A stretch of DNA of 64,000 nt, taken from Phaeosaccion multiseriatum. Lineage: Eukaryota; Protista; Ochrophyta, other classes. A program made the position numbers and the translations under genes. The notes under the pieces were generated by a model, which saw nothing but the letters and a program-made list of their open reading frames with translations, was not told the origin of the DNA and made no database searches. The first letter of the stretch is position 1, and each line of letters starts with the position of its first letter. Positions 7,301 through 17,895 of this stretch are shown one piece after another. Where the stretch lies: NCBI GenBank assembly GCA_965112735.1, contig OZ218961.1, forward strand, positions 310,001 through 374,000, given 5' to 3'.

Positions 7301-10276
7301 CTACCCTCCTCCACCGACCCGCATCACCACCCTCCCCGGGTTGTGTTCGTCTTCCCAGACTTCGACGCCCGGCCTCTCCTGCAAGTAGGCCAGCACCGCG
7401 GGCTTGAGAACGCTGACGCCATCCTCACTGCCTCGGCCTCGGCCTGTGATGACTTGGATCTCACCCTCCACCTTCTCCACTGAGACCACGTGACGAAGCG
7501 CTGCCTTGCTCGTTCCCCTAGTGAAGTCGTGCAAGTCCACCTCCTGCCCCCCTTTCTTCCAGTGATTCAAGACCCCTTGCGATACGGCCTCTGCGTACAG
7601 CTCGTCAGCAGCCTCCTCGTCACCACCCTCCTGCAGAGCATCAATGGTGGCACTGTAGCTGATTTCATCGGGAGCAAGTCCTTCTGCCCTCATTTCCCTC
7701 AGTAAACCCGTTGCCTCCACATGTTGCCCAGCCCTGGCGCATGCATTAATGGTGGCACTGTAGCTGATTTCGTTCAGAGCGAGTCCTTGTGCCTTCATCT
7801 CCCTCAGTAAACCCATTGCCTCCACGTGTTGGCCAGCCCTGGCGCATGCGTTCATGGTGGCATTGTAGCTGATTCCATTGGGAGCGAGTCCTTGGGCCTT
7901 CATCTCCCTCAGTAAACCCATTGCCTCCATGTGTTGACTGGCTCTGGCGCATGCATTAATGGTGGAGCTGAAGCTGATTTCATCCGGAGCGAGCCCTTCC
8001 GCCTTCATCTCCCTCAGTAAACCCAATGCCTCCATGTGTTGACTGGCTCTGGCGCATGCATTAATGGTGGCATTGTAGCTGATTCCATTGGGAGCGAGTC
8101 CTTGGGCCTTCATCTCCCTCAGTAAACCCATTGCCTCCACATGTTGGCGGGCCCTGGCGCATGCATTAATGGTGGAGCTGTAGCTGATTTCATCCGGAGC
8201 GAGCCCTTCCGCCTTCATCTCCTTCAGTAAACCCATTGCCTCCACGTGTTGGTTGGCTCTGGCGCATGCGTTAATGGTGGAGCTGAAGCTGATTTCATCC
8301 GGAGCGAGTCCTTGTGCCTTCATCTCCCTCAGTAAACCCATTGCCTCCACGTGTTGGCTGGCCCTGGCGCATGCGTTAATGGTGGAGCTGTAGCTGATTT
8401 CATCCGGAGCGAGCCCTTCCGCCTTCATCTCCCTCAGTAAACCCATTGCCTCCACGTGTTGGTTGGCTCTGGCGCATGCGTTAATGGTGGAGTTGTAGCT
8501 GATTTCATCCGGAGCGAGTCCTTGTGCCTTCATCTCCCTCAGTAAACCCATTGCCTCCACGTGTTTGCTGGCCCTGGCGCATGCATTAATGGTGGAGCTG
8601 TAGCTGATTTCATCCGGAGCGAGCCCTTCCGCCTTCATCTCCCTCAGTAAACCCATTGCCTCCACGTGTTGGTTGGCTCTGGCGCATGCGTTAATGGTGG
8701 AGTTGTAGCTGATTTCATCCGGAGCGAGTCCTTGTGCCTTCATCTCCCTCAGTAAACCCATTGCCTCCACATGTTGGCTGGCCCTGGCGCATGCATTAAT
8801 GGTGGAGCTGTAGCTGATTTCATCCGGAGCGAGCCCTTCCGCCTTCATCTCCCTCAGTAAACCCATTGCCTCCACGTGTTGGTTGGCTCTGGCGCATGCG
8901 TTCATGGTGGAGCTGTAGCTGATTTCATCCGGAGCGAGTCCTTGTGCCTTCATCTCCCTCAGTAAACCCATTGCCTCCACATGTTGGCTCGCCCTGGCGC
9001 ATGCATTAATGGTGGAGCTGTAGCTGATTTCATCCGGAGCGAGCCCTTCCGCCTTCATCTCCCTCAGTAAACCCATTGCCTCCACATGTTGGTTGGCTCT
9101 TGCGCATGCATTAATGGCAGCATTGTAGCTGATTCGATGGGGAGCAAGTCCTTCCGCCTTCATCTCCCTCAGTAAACCCATTGCCTCCACATGTTGGCTC
9201 GCCCTTGCGCATGCATTAATGGCAGCATTGTAGCTGATTTCATCCGGAGTGAGTCCTTGTGTCTTCATCTCCTCCAGTAAACCCAATGCCTCCACGTGTT
9301 GGTTGGTTCTCGCGCATGCATGAATGGCGGAGCTGTAGCTGATTTCATTGGGAGCGAGCCCTTCCGCCTTCATCTCCCTCAGTAAACCCATTGCCTCCAC
9401 GTGTTGGTTGGCTCTTGCGCATGCGTTAATGGCAGCATTGTAGCTGATTTCATTCGGAGTGAGCCCTTGTGTCTTCATCTCCTCCAGTAAACCCAATGCC
9501 TCCACGTGTTGGTTGGTTCTCGCGCATGCATGAATGGCGGAGCTGTAGCTGATTTCATCCGGAGCGAGCCCTTCCGCCTTCATCTCCCTCAGTAAACCCA
9601 TTGCCTCCACGTGTTGGTTGGCTCTTGCGCATGCGTTAATGGCAGCATTGTAGCTGATTCGATGGGGAGCGAGCCCTTCCGCCTTCATCTCCCTCAGTAA
9701 ACCCATTGCCTCCACGTGTTGGCTGGCCCTGGCGCACGCATTAATGGCGGAGCTGTAGCTGATTTCATCCGGAGCAAGTCCTTCTGCCTTCATCTCTCTC
9801 AGTAAACCGATTGCCTCCACATGTTGGCTGGCCCTGGCGCATGCATTAATGGTGGAGCTGTAGCTGATTTCATCCGGAGTGAGTCCTTCCTCCTTCATCT
9901 CAGCCAGAAGTCTCAAAGCGCCCTTCCACCGCCCGCACTTCCCAATCGCGGTAATCGCAGCATTCAAACATTGCTGGTTGGGCTTGAGGCCCTCTTGCCG
10001 TGCGCGCTCCAGAGTAGGTGCCACCCTTTTCCAATTCCTGCTCCTCCCCAGATCTTGAATCTCCCTCATGAGCCGTGTCTGTCTCGACTTCTCACTCCCC
10101 CCAGTAGAGTAGCAGGACCATTGCTGCGGCAGCTGCTTCTGCTGATGGAGAGTAGAGTCGGCACGCCGTTCAGCAGCGGTGCCTCCCACTGCTGCGGGTC
10201 CTCTTCTATTCCTGCCAATGCAAGAGGAGTAGCAGGCTCTGGCCACCCCCCTCAACGACATTGCTCTCTTCAGCAT
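7301..10276 (-). CDS. P-class pentatricopeptide repeat protein with C-terminal SMR (small MutS-related) domain; probable mitochondrial presequence (991 aa, intronless)
   Basis: 35-aa repeats EISYSSTINACARASQHVEAMGLLREMKAEGLAPD. The C-terminal VDLHDF...VITGRG...VLKPAV...NPGRV motifs match SMR. The N-terminus MLKRAMSLRGVARACYSS is Arg/Ser-rich and acid-free. Confidence 0.95.
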   Translation of the reverse strand: MLKRAMSLRGVARACYSSCIGRNRRGPAAVGGTAAERRADSTLHQQKQLPQQWSCYSTGGSEKSRQTRLMREIQDLGRSRNWKRVAPTLERARQEGLKPNQQCLNAAITAIGKCGRWKGALRLLAEMKEEGLTPDEISYSSTINACARASQHVEAIGLLREMKAEGLAPDEISYSSAINACARASQHVEAMGLLREMKAEGLAPHRISYNAAINACARANQHVEAMGLLREMKAEGLAPDEISYSSAIHACARTNQHVEALGLLEEMKTQGLTPNEISYNAAINACARANQHVEAMGLLREMKAEGLAPNEISYSSAIHACARTNQHVEALGLLEEMKTQGLTPDEISYNAAINACARASQHVEAMGLLREMKAEGLAPHRISYNAAINACARANQHVEAMGLLREMKAEGLAPDEISYSSTINACARASQHVEAMGLLREMKAQGLAPDEISYSSTMNACARANQHVEAMGLLREMKAEGLAPDEISYSSTINACARASQHVEAMGLLREMKAQGLAPDEISYNSTINACARANQHVEAMGLLREMKAEGLAPDEISYSSTINACARASKHVEAMGLLREMKAQGLAPDEISYNSTINACARANQHVEAMGLLREMKAEGLAPDEISYSSTINACARASQHVEAMGLLREMKAQGLAPDEISFSSTINACARANQHVEAMGLLKEMKAEGLAPDEISYSSTINACARARQHVEAMGLLREMKAQGLAPNGISYNATINACARASQHMEALGLLREMKAEGLAPDEISFSSTINACARASQHMEAMGLLREMKAQGLAPNGISYNATMNACARAGQHVEAMGLLREMKAQGLALNEISYSATINACARAGQHVEATGLLREMRAEGLAPDEISYSATIDALQEGGDEEAADELYAEAVSQGVLNHWKKGGQEVDLHDFTRGTSKAALRHVVSVEKVEGEIQVITGRGRGSEDGVSVLKPAVLAYLQERPGVEVWEDEHNPGRVVMRVGGGG
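7667..9871 (-). repeat. Coding tandem array of 21 near-identical 105-bp units
   Basis: 2205 bp = 21 x 105. The central part shows 210-bp higher-order periodicity (alternating ...AEGLAP/...AQGLAP units). Confidence 0.95.
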
Positions 10277-10659
10277 TGTTCTCAACCCATTCGAGGAAGG
10301 ATATAGCTAAAGGAAAGGAGAGGATGGAGCGCCGATGCAAGAAGAACAAGTTCGCGGCCTCCTCATCCAAAGTCACAGATGGTTCGGCCATGGGGGGAGA
10401 GGGGAGAGAGAGAGAAAAAAAAAGCTCTTTCTTTTATTCTCGCTTCCTCAGGTGCGTACCTTCTAGCCGGAAGGGCGGTGTTAGACCCCCCAGCCAAACT
10501 TTTGTGGAGTAGGGTGCGCCCCGTTCTCACTGCTGCTGCCTCCCCTCCTCCCCCCTTCCTTTTAATTTGTGTCTACTGCTGCTGCTGCCCGCCTTGCGCA
10601 GAAGCTCAAACCTTCCAAGAGCTTCCCTTTCCGATCTCCGTGTGGTCCTTTCTGACCTC
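10277..10659. promoter_or_regulatory. Probable bidirectional promoter (PPR-SMR / hypothetical gene)
   Basis: Head-to-head start codons ~380 bp apart. Inferred from gene arrangement only. Confidence 0.45.
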
Positions 10660-11057
10660 ATGGCTCCTGGGCCTGATGCTGACCCGGCCACAGCCCATGC
10701 TGCAGATGAAGCCGCCGCCGCCGCCGCTGCTGTGGACAGTCTCGATCCTGCGACGCTCTATACGCGCAGTTGGAAAGGCTTCATCGCCCGGCTGAAAGAT
10801 GATCCTGGCGATGTAATCAGAGGTAGCAGAGACGCATATGACAAGCTCAAAGCGGAAGGGAAGAGCGGTGGCTCCGGCTCGGGCATGGGCGAGTCGTCGT
10901 CGCAGCAACCAGTCGTGGCCCGGGAAGTTCAACTCATTGAGGAAGCAACGTGAGTGAGGGAGAGGGGGATGAGATTCAGAAAGGATGATCCGAGGTGCCA
11001 AATGGACTTCTCTCTGTACTCATTTTCCACCGAACCATAGAGGAGAACGCTTTGGGC

Positions 11058-11101
<44 letters not shown>

Positions 11102-11913
11102 GGGGGCGGCTGCATCCATCTCACAGTCTTGTTTCGAGCCTGTTGTCGGGCTCCCTACACGTTTCCGGCTTGCTCGACACCAGACACGAATTCAAACCCC
11201 CTACCGCCCCTCCCCTGGTTCGTCTCTTTCCGATCACTCTCGACGACCCCCAAACCCCAACCTGCTCCACACCCCGGCCCACCCACCCACCTACCCACCC
11301 CTTCCACCCCACACCAACACCAACACAGCTACAACTCCAACTTCACCGCGGGAGCAGCTACGCTCTTCACCTTCTCCGGGCAACTGATCCGCAACGGCAT
11401 GGCTTCGCGCCCCTCCTCCAGCCCGGTCGTTCTCCTCGGCATTGCCATGCGGTCGGTGCTGGTGGGGCTGGGAGCTCAGATGGCAGCCTATACCTACAAC
11501 TTTCCCGACGCTCTAAGGGGGGTGCTGGCCGAGCAGGGGAGCCCGGTGGGAACGGTGTGGTGTGATGTGCTGAAGGAGGAGCTGGGGACGTGCATGGCTA
11601 GCAAGGAGTGCCGAAGTTTGTTGGACAGAGAGAGGTGAGTGAGTGAGTGAGTGAGTGAGTGAGTGAGTGAGTGAGTGGTACGAAGGCGAAGGCGCGGGGT
11701 GGGCGGAAGGGCACTTTAGAGGAGGACGAAGGAAGGAAGGAAGGAAGGAAGGAAGGAAGGAAGGAGGAAGCCGATTGCAGGGTACACTAGGGAAGCGAGG
11801 GTATAAAATGACGTCAAGGCCCTATGTTAGTGGGTCTTTGCTCTGATGCATTGCGTGGCCTGGTCCCCACGCACCCCTGTCGGCCATGCTGAATCACCAA
11901 CTGCTGGTGCTAC

Positions 11914-11947
<34 letters not shown>

Positions 11948-12176
11948 AAACAGATTTCCGCGGCTGGCTGGTACCTGTTTCGACGCCTGTTTGGAGAGCA
12001 AGATGCTGGCAGGCGCCAAGGCTGCCAGAGACGATCCTCCTGTATCACCAACTGCTAGGGACGAGGTGCAGGGGGGCGGAGGTGGCAGCAGTAGCGGCCT
12101 TCGGGGTTGGTGGCGCTGGGTGAGGGGAATAGGAGGTGGGGGAGGGGGAGGGGGAGAAGAGAAGGGCGCGAAATGA
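10660..12176 (+). CDS. Hypothetical small membrane protein (exons 10660-10949, 11329-11634, 11954-12176)
   Basis: Phase-consistent GT-AG junctions give a continuous protein with two hydrophobic segments (AGAATLFTFSG; VVLLGIAMRSVLVGLGAQMAAY) and a Cys-containing tail. No family recognised. Confidence 0.6.
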
Positions 12177-13384
12177 ATGATGCAGAGGAGTGAATGGGGT
12201 GCCTTGGTCGGGCTCGCCTACTTCACCCTCTCTGCCTTAATACTTCTTTGGGATATTGTGGAGGGGGCATACCCACGTCTACACCACCCACAAGTCACCC
12301 AAAGCCCTTTACATCCATGCCAGGGGGGAGCGGGTGAGGAGTTAAGCATGACGTGTCTCCAGCACTCAGTGTGTGTGTGAAGGGGGAGGGGGGGGGGGGG
12401 GAGGGGGCACGACGACGTGTCGGCTCGCTCTGCTGAGGGCTGGAGGCGTTACATGAGGCGATGAAACTTGAGCGTACTGGGACTCAGCGTGCTGTGATGG
12501 AAGGAAGCAAGCAAGCAAGCAAGAAGGACTTTAAGAAGCGGGGACGTAACGTACGTATGGAATGAAGTACGTTCGTTCCTTCCGTGGTGGGGCTGTGTTG
12601 GCGTCCTCCCTCGAGTCTGTCACACTCATCCTGCGGTGCCACTTCCAGCCCGCGGTCCCCAGGGTGGGTTCGGATAGAGTGGGGGTGGGGAGGGGGAGGG
12701 ATGGGTTGGGATTCTCCCTTCCCCTTCATCAGCTTGGGGTTGGACAGGGCGGGTACCAGCAGCCGCACACTCACTGGAAGGCTCTCAGCGGAGGCTCAGT
12801 GGAACGCGTGGAATGGGTCCAAGGGTGGATGGACAGGGACACGCACACTTGAATGCCTCCAGCAGGTGTATATGGCATGCAATGGGTGGAGGTGTATGGG
12901 CATTGAATGGCTGCCGTCGGGGACTGGGTGCCGAGTGACGCGCCCACCCCTTGCTTGCTCTTGACGGCAACCGAACCTGAGGAGGAGAAGCGCCGCAGAG
13001 AGAGAAGGAAGATGAGGAGAGAAAGAGAGGGGTGAATGAGTCGCTGTGGAGGCGCGCAAGTCAACAAAAGGGATGGCCCGTGGAGCGAGCTGCGGCGGCG
13101 TGGGCAGCTGAGCAGCTTGGTACTCTCTGGGACGAGCCCCCCAACCTGGGTGCGAGGGTGGAGGAAGTGAGCGAGAGAGCTTGTGACGATGGCACCAATC
13201 TACATTGGCAGGCAAAGGGGGAGAGAGGGTAGGGCGTCTACGGCCTGCCATCTCCCCTCCTCGACGGAGGGAGGGATGGAGGGAGGGAGGAGGGAGGGAG
13301 GGAGGGAGGGAGGGAGGGAGGGAGGGAGGGAGGGAGAAGGACGAGGGGGACCAGGGGAGAGACAAGAAAGAAATAGACAGGCAG

Positions 13385-13498
13385 GCAGGGAGAAGGACGG
13401 TGAGGAGAGGCGAACACTCGCCGCAGGGAGAAGGACGGTGAGGAGAGGCGAACACTCGCCGCAGGGAGAAGGACGGTGAGGAGAGGCGAACACTCGCC
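13385..13498. repeat. 38-bp perfect tandem repeat x3
   Basis: GCAGGGAGAAGGACGGTGAGGAGAGGCGAACACTCGCC at 13385, 13423 and 13461, with no spacers. Confidence 0.95.
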
Positions 13499-14122
13499 GC
13501 TGCCGCTGGGCCAAGTGTGTGTGTGCCCTGAGCGAAAGCAGCGGACCAATCCAGGTGCTGGCTGGCCTGCCTCCCCTTCCCAGCCTCTTGTCAGTCAGTC
13601 AGTGAGTAAGTCGGAGAAGAAGGAGGAGGAGGGGGGAGGGTTGCACCGCGTCTGTGCCCCTCTGGACACGGGATTGGTTGGTTAAAATGAGGTGAATATT
13701 TCTTAGCACATATTATATTATTTGCATGTGTGAAAACCAAGGCAGTCCACCCTAGACCCTCTGCTCTGCTCCTCGTCCTCTGACCTTGGACACCATTCCC
13801 TCTGCTCTGCTCCTCGTCCTCTGACCTTGGGCACCATTCCCTCTGCTCTCTCTCGTGCATTCCTCTTGCTCTTGCTCTTCTCACCGCGGTGCTCACCACA
13901 AGGCCCATACCCCCTCCCCTCGTGTTGCCAGTCGCTGCACACCCCTCGCTGACCGACAGATACGAGTGTTGCCGTGCTGCCGTGTTGCCGTGTTGCCTCC
14001 CTATGCTGCCCGACCTCTGCCGCATTTGGGCCGGTGGAGGCTTCAGCAGAACCTCAGCCGACATCAGGCAGTCTCAGCCATTCACACTGTGACTGTGTGT
14101 CGGCCGGTGTTTCTGTCTGTCA

Positions 14123-14156
<34 letters not shown>

Positions 14157-14184
14157 GAATGTGTCTGTCTGTCTGTCTGTCATT

Positions 14185-14217
<33 letters not shown>

Positions 14218-14353
14218 CATCTATCTGCCTGCATCTATCTGCCTGCATCTACCTGCCTCTGTCTGTATGCCTGTCTGTCTGTCTTTCTGTCTGTGAATGT
14301 GTGTCTGTCTCGTCCACCGCTCTTCCACCCCACACGCACACACCATACCCTCA

Positions 14354-15171
14354 TCATATCTCGCCCAAGTAAATGTTCTTATCACTCCCACAAGACCCAA
14401 TAATCCTCTCCGTCGGATGAAACGCCACCTCATTCACAGTCCCCGTGTGCCCCGGCAAGTGGTACAGCTCCTGCCCTGATGGCTCGTCGAACACATGGAC
14501 AATGCTATCTGCCGAGCCCCCCGCCACCATGGCACCATCTGCAGACCAGTTACACCGAAGAAGGTTCTTGTCGGCGCCGTGAAGCAACCCGGTGAAGGCC
14601 TGTGGGGTATGGGGTATGGGGTATGGGGTATGGGGTATAAGTTGGGATGGGTCGGGGGGGGGGGTGGGATCGAGGTTGGTAGGGGTGAGTGTAGAGGCCA
14701 CTAGAGGTGTACAGAGGAAGACAGAGGCAGACACACACCGTGCGGAAGATGTACCCCCTATGTCCTTCTCCTCCTCCTCCTCCTCCTCCTCCTCCTCCTC
14801 CTCCTCCTTCACCACCACCACCACCTCATCATCACCATTGTGCGCTTCCCTCCCCACCCACCCACCCATCCACCCATCCTCCCACTCCCCCACACCAACC
14901 CTCTACCCACCTTCTCGCCCCGCACCCCTGAGCAAAAGGGTCTTACGTCCCACTTGCGCATGGTGTTGTCCATGCTGCTGCTCAGCAAATGTGTCCCCTC
15001 CGGGCTGAGGGCGAGGCTGGTGACGGTGTCTGTGTGCCCGAGCATCTCGTAGGCCACGTCTACCTTGCGAACATCCCACACCTTCGTAGGAATTGGGGAG
15101 GGGCGGGGGGAGGAGGGGAAACGTGACAAATAGAACATATGCGTAAGGGAGGGGTAAGGGTGTCTTTGATC

Positions 15172-15202
<31 letters not shown>

Positions 15203-16613
15203 TTGAGTGTGAGTCAGTACCCTCCCTCCCTCCGTTCCCTCCCTCCCTCCTCCCCTTCTTCTCCTTGACCACATCAATCATCAATCACACTAAACACCCA
15301 CCCACCCAAACACACACACACACCTTAATGGTGTTCTCAAGTCCCGCACTAAACAACTGTGTATCGTCTGCGCTCAGCGCCACCGCTGTCTGCTGATAGT
15401 CTCCTCCAAACACATGCACAGCCCGCTTGACCCGAGTATCCCACAGCATGCACGTGTTGTCGTCCGAGGCCGAGGCCACAAGAGTGGGGGTGGTACGCGA
15501 GAGGTCGCACCCGTTTACGACCCTCTTATGGCCGCTAAGGCTCTTCTTGAGCAGTCCCTTGCGGGTGTCCCACCAGCCGAGGGTTTTGTCAGCGGAGGCA
15601 GAGAGCAGGTAGCGCCCGTCGCCGGACCACTTGATCTGGAGCACGGCCTTTGTGTTTTTGAAGGGCGAGGAGGAGGAGGAGGAGGGGAGAAGGAGGAGGA
15701 GGAGGAGGAAGGAGGAGGAGGAGATGAAGAGGAGGAGGCGGAAGAAAGAAGAGGAAGAGGAGGAGGCGGAAGAAGGAGGAGGAAGAAGAAGAAGAAGAAG
15801 AAGAAGAAGAAGAAGAAGAAGAAGAAGAAGAAGAAGAAGAGGAGGAGGAGGAGGGAGAGGGATGAGACAGGATGACTTTGTGCAGGCTACGGATGGGCCA
15901 GGTAGAGGCTAGGAGGGATGGCTGAGGCGGGCAGGGTTAGCAGCAGGGCAGCAGTCGCAAAAGAGGGGTAGCAGATACGACGTAGTGGAAGGAGGAAGAG
16001 GAGTAGCGGTGGTAGTCGTACAAGAAGTAGTAGGAATTAGTTGTAAAGGCAGAAGCTGCAGTAGCGGTCAGAGCAGCACCAGAGAAGCAGTAGTAATAGC
16101 AGCAGCAACACCTTTCCCTCCAAGGTCATGTACGCACACCACACGCTCTGGTCGTTCTCCTCGTCCTCGTCCTCGTCCTCGTCCTCCTCCCCCTCCTCCT
16201 CCTCCTCCTCCTCCTCCTCCTCCTCCTCCTCCTCCTCCTCCTCCACCACCACCACCACCACCACCACTACTCACATTCTTGTGCCCCTTAAGCACGTTGT
16301 AGTTGGTGCACTCCCCATACACATCCCACAACATGATTGACTTGTCAAACGAACACGATGCTAGGTTCTGCCCCGTGGGATCGAAAGCCAACGAGTAAAC
16401 TGGCGCTCCGTGACCCACCAGCATCATCGTGGGCGCCAACAGGCCGCTCGTCCGGGCAATGTCCTGCGCTTGCACCATTTGCAAGGTGGCCTCCGTCTCT
16501 AATCTAAACTTCTTGGGCTGCCCGGCGTCGTCGTCCTCTCTGCTGCGTTTGATGACAGACATTTGCCGCTCCTCCGATTCCATGGGGACTTCTGCTGCGT
16601 CGGATCCAGCCAT
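14354..16613 (-). CDS. SNRNP40: U5 snRNP 40 kDa WD40 protein (exons 16613-16275, 15647-15324, 15081-14911, 14599-14354)
   Basis: [61 protein letters not shown] and the C-terminal [10 protein letters not shown] are characteristic of SNRNP40. Confidence 0.93.
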
Positions 16614-17054
16614 GGTGCAGCTACGTGTCTCTCCCCCCTCCTACCGGGCGTGGGCTGCCTCTCTTCCCTTCAGCGACGTCCTTGGATTACTCACTCGTCT
16701 CTCCTTCTCTCTTCCATGTCCTTCCTTTCCTCTTGCTCTTGCCCTCAACCCTCTTCCTCCCCTGGTACTCCGATGCTGCTATTGCGCTACTGTTCCCTTG
16801 ATGCTCGTGGGTGTTGTTCGATAGGGGGCAGAGATATCGGGCGATCATCGGCAGCAGCGCTCACAGCAAATGAGGGCTTCCGAGCCCACATCCTCTCACC
16901 CCTCGATCTTGCACTTGTGAGGGCAGGAAACCAAAACGAAGATTGGGAGAGGTGAGGGCGAGCAGCAGCACAGAAGCAGCAACAACAGTAAACGCAGCAG
17001 AGGTCAGGGCGGATTGTAGAGGTCTGGGTGGACAGCAGCAGCAACAGGAGCACC
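16614..17054. promoter_or_regulatory. Probable bidirectional promoter (SNRNP40 / GrpE)
   Basis: Divergent ATGs ~440 bp apart. Confidence 0.5.
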
Positions 17055-17862
17055 ATGGGCTGGCTGAGCACCTCCGCGGCTCTCGTCTTTGCCGTGGCTT
17101 TGAATCGAGGCAGCACTTGCCAGGGCTTCATCGGGCCCGCTCCTCTGTCCAGCTCGGCCGCCCCCCCGCGCCAGAGTCCCTCGTTAGCAGTGACTGCGGC
17201 TGTGCCACCTCCATCATGCGCGCGGTCGGCATTTCCCTTCGGTATGGTCCCGGCGCTCGCGCATATGACGCAGTCGGGGTTGCCGACAACAAGCCTGCGG
17301 GCAGGTGCGGAAGGAGCAGGGCCTGAGGGACAGGGAGGTCAGGGCGGAGGAGCTGAAGACGCAGCGCAGCAGCAGGAGCAGCAGCAGGCGGGGAATGGGC
17401 AACAGGCATCAACCCCCCCCCCCTCCGACGCCACCGCCGCAGCCGACGCGCAACAAACCGAGGTGGGCGTTGATGACCTCTTGAACTCTCCCGCCTTCCT
17501 CAACAAGAAGGTCGAGGTGCTCGAGAAGAAGGTGGGTGGTGCGAGGCAGGGGCCGCGGGGGTGGGCGGGCAAGATTGGGAAGGCCTACACTAAATTGACG
17601 TCGAAGGAGTGGAGGGAGGTGGGGGTGCTGGAGAAGAAGGTAGGTGGGCCCGATTTCATTCCAAAAAGAAAGGATTGGTTGGTTGAATAGGGCACGAGGA
17701 GAGTGGAGGCTGCTTCAACAAGAAGCTGAAGAAGCTTCACCGGTTCTTGTGTGTGCCTCTGCCGGCATGTTTTGCACTTTCTCGAAGCACGTGCGTGGAA
17801 CGAGAGAAGTAGAGCAGTAGAAGCAAGTGTCTCTGTAGCAGCACTATTAGCAGCAGAAGCAG

Positions 17863-17895
<33 letters not shown>

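Noticed and set aside
7667-9871. PPR-predicted target matching the iterated word AGTTGGTGATACA
   Set aside because: Only the GAUAY portion agrees, upstream positions mismatch, and the protein appears organelle-targeted.
11059-11101. Poly-Cys/poly-Leu/poly-Ala ORFs from (CTG)n and the many antisense poly-P/S/L ORFs in the track
   Set aside because: Translations of microsatellites in introns or on the antisense strand of real exons.
13385-13498. 38-bp repeats as a CRISPR-like array
   Set aside because: Head-to-tail copies with no spacers, a eukaryotic context and no cas genes; an ordinary minisatellite, as are the short duplications near 13758, 19616 and 52742.
12177-14340. Protein-coding gene in this interval
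   Set aside because: Only short ORFs dominated by simple repeats; no consistent spliced model or homology recognised.
14354-16613. AAG acceptors as non-canonical splicing
   Set aside because: They are still GT-AG introns, and AAG is a known minor acceptor context.
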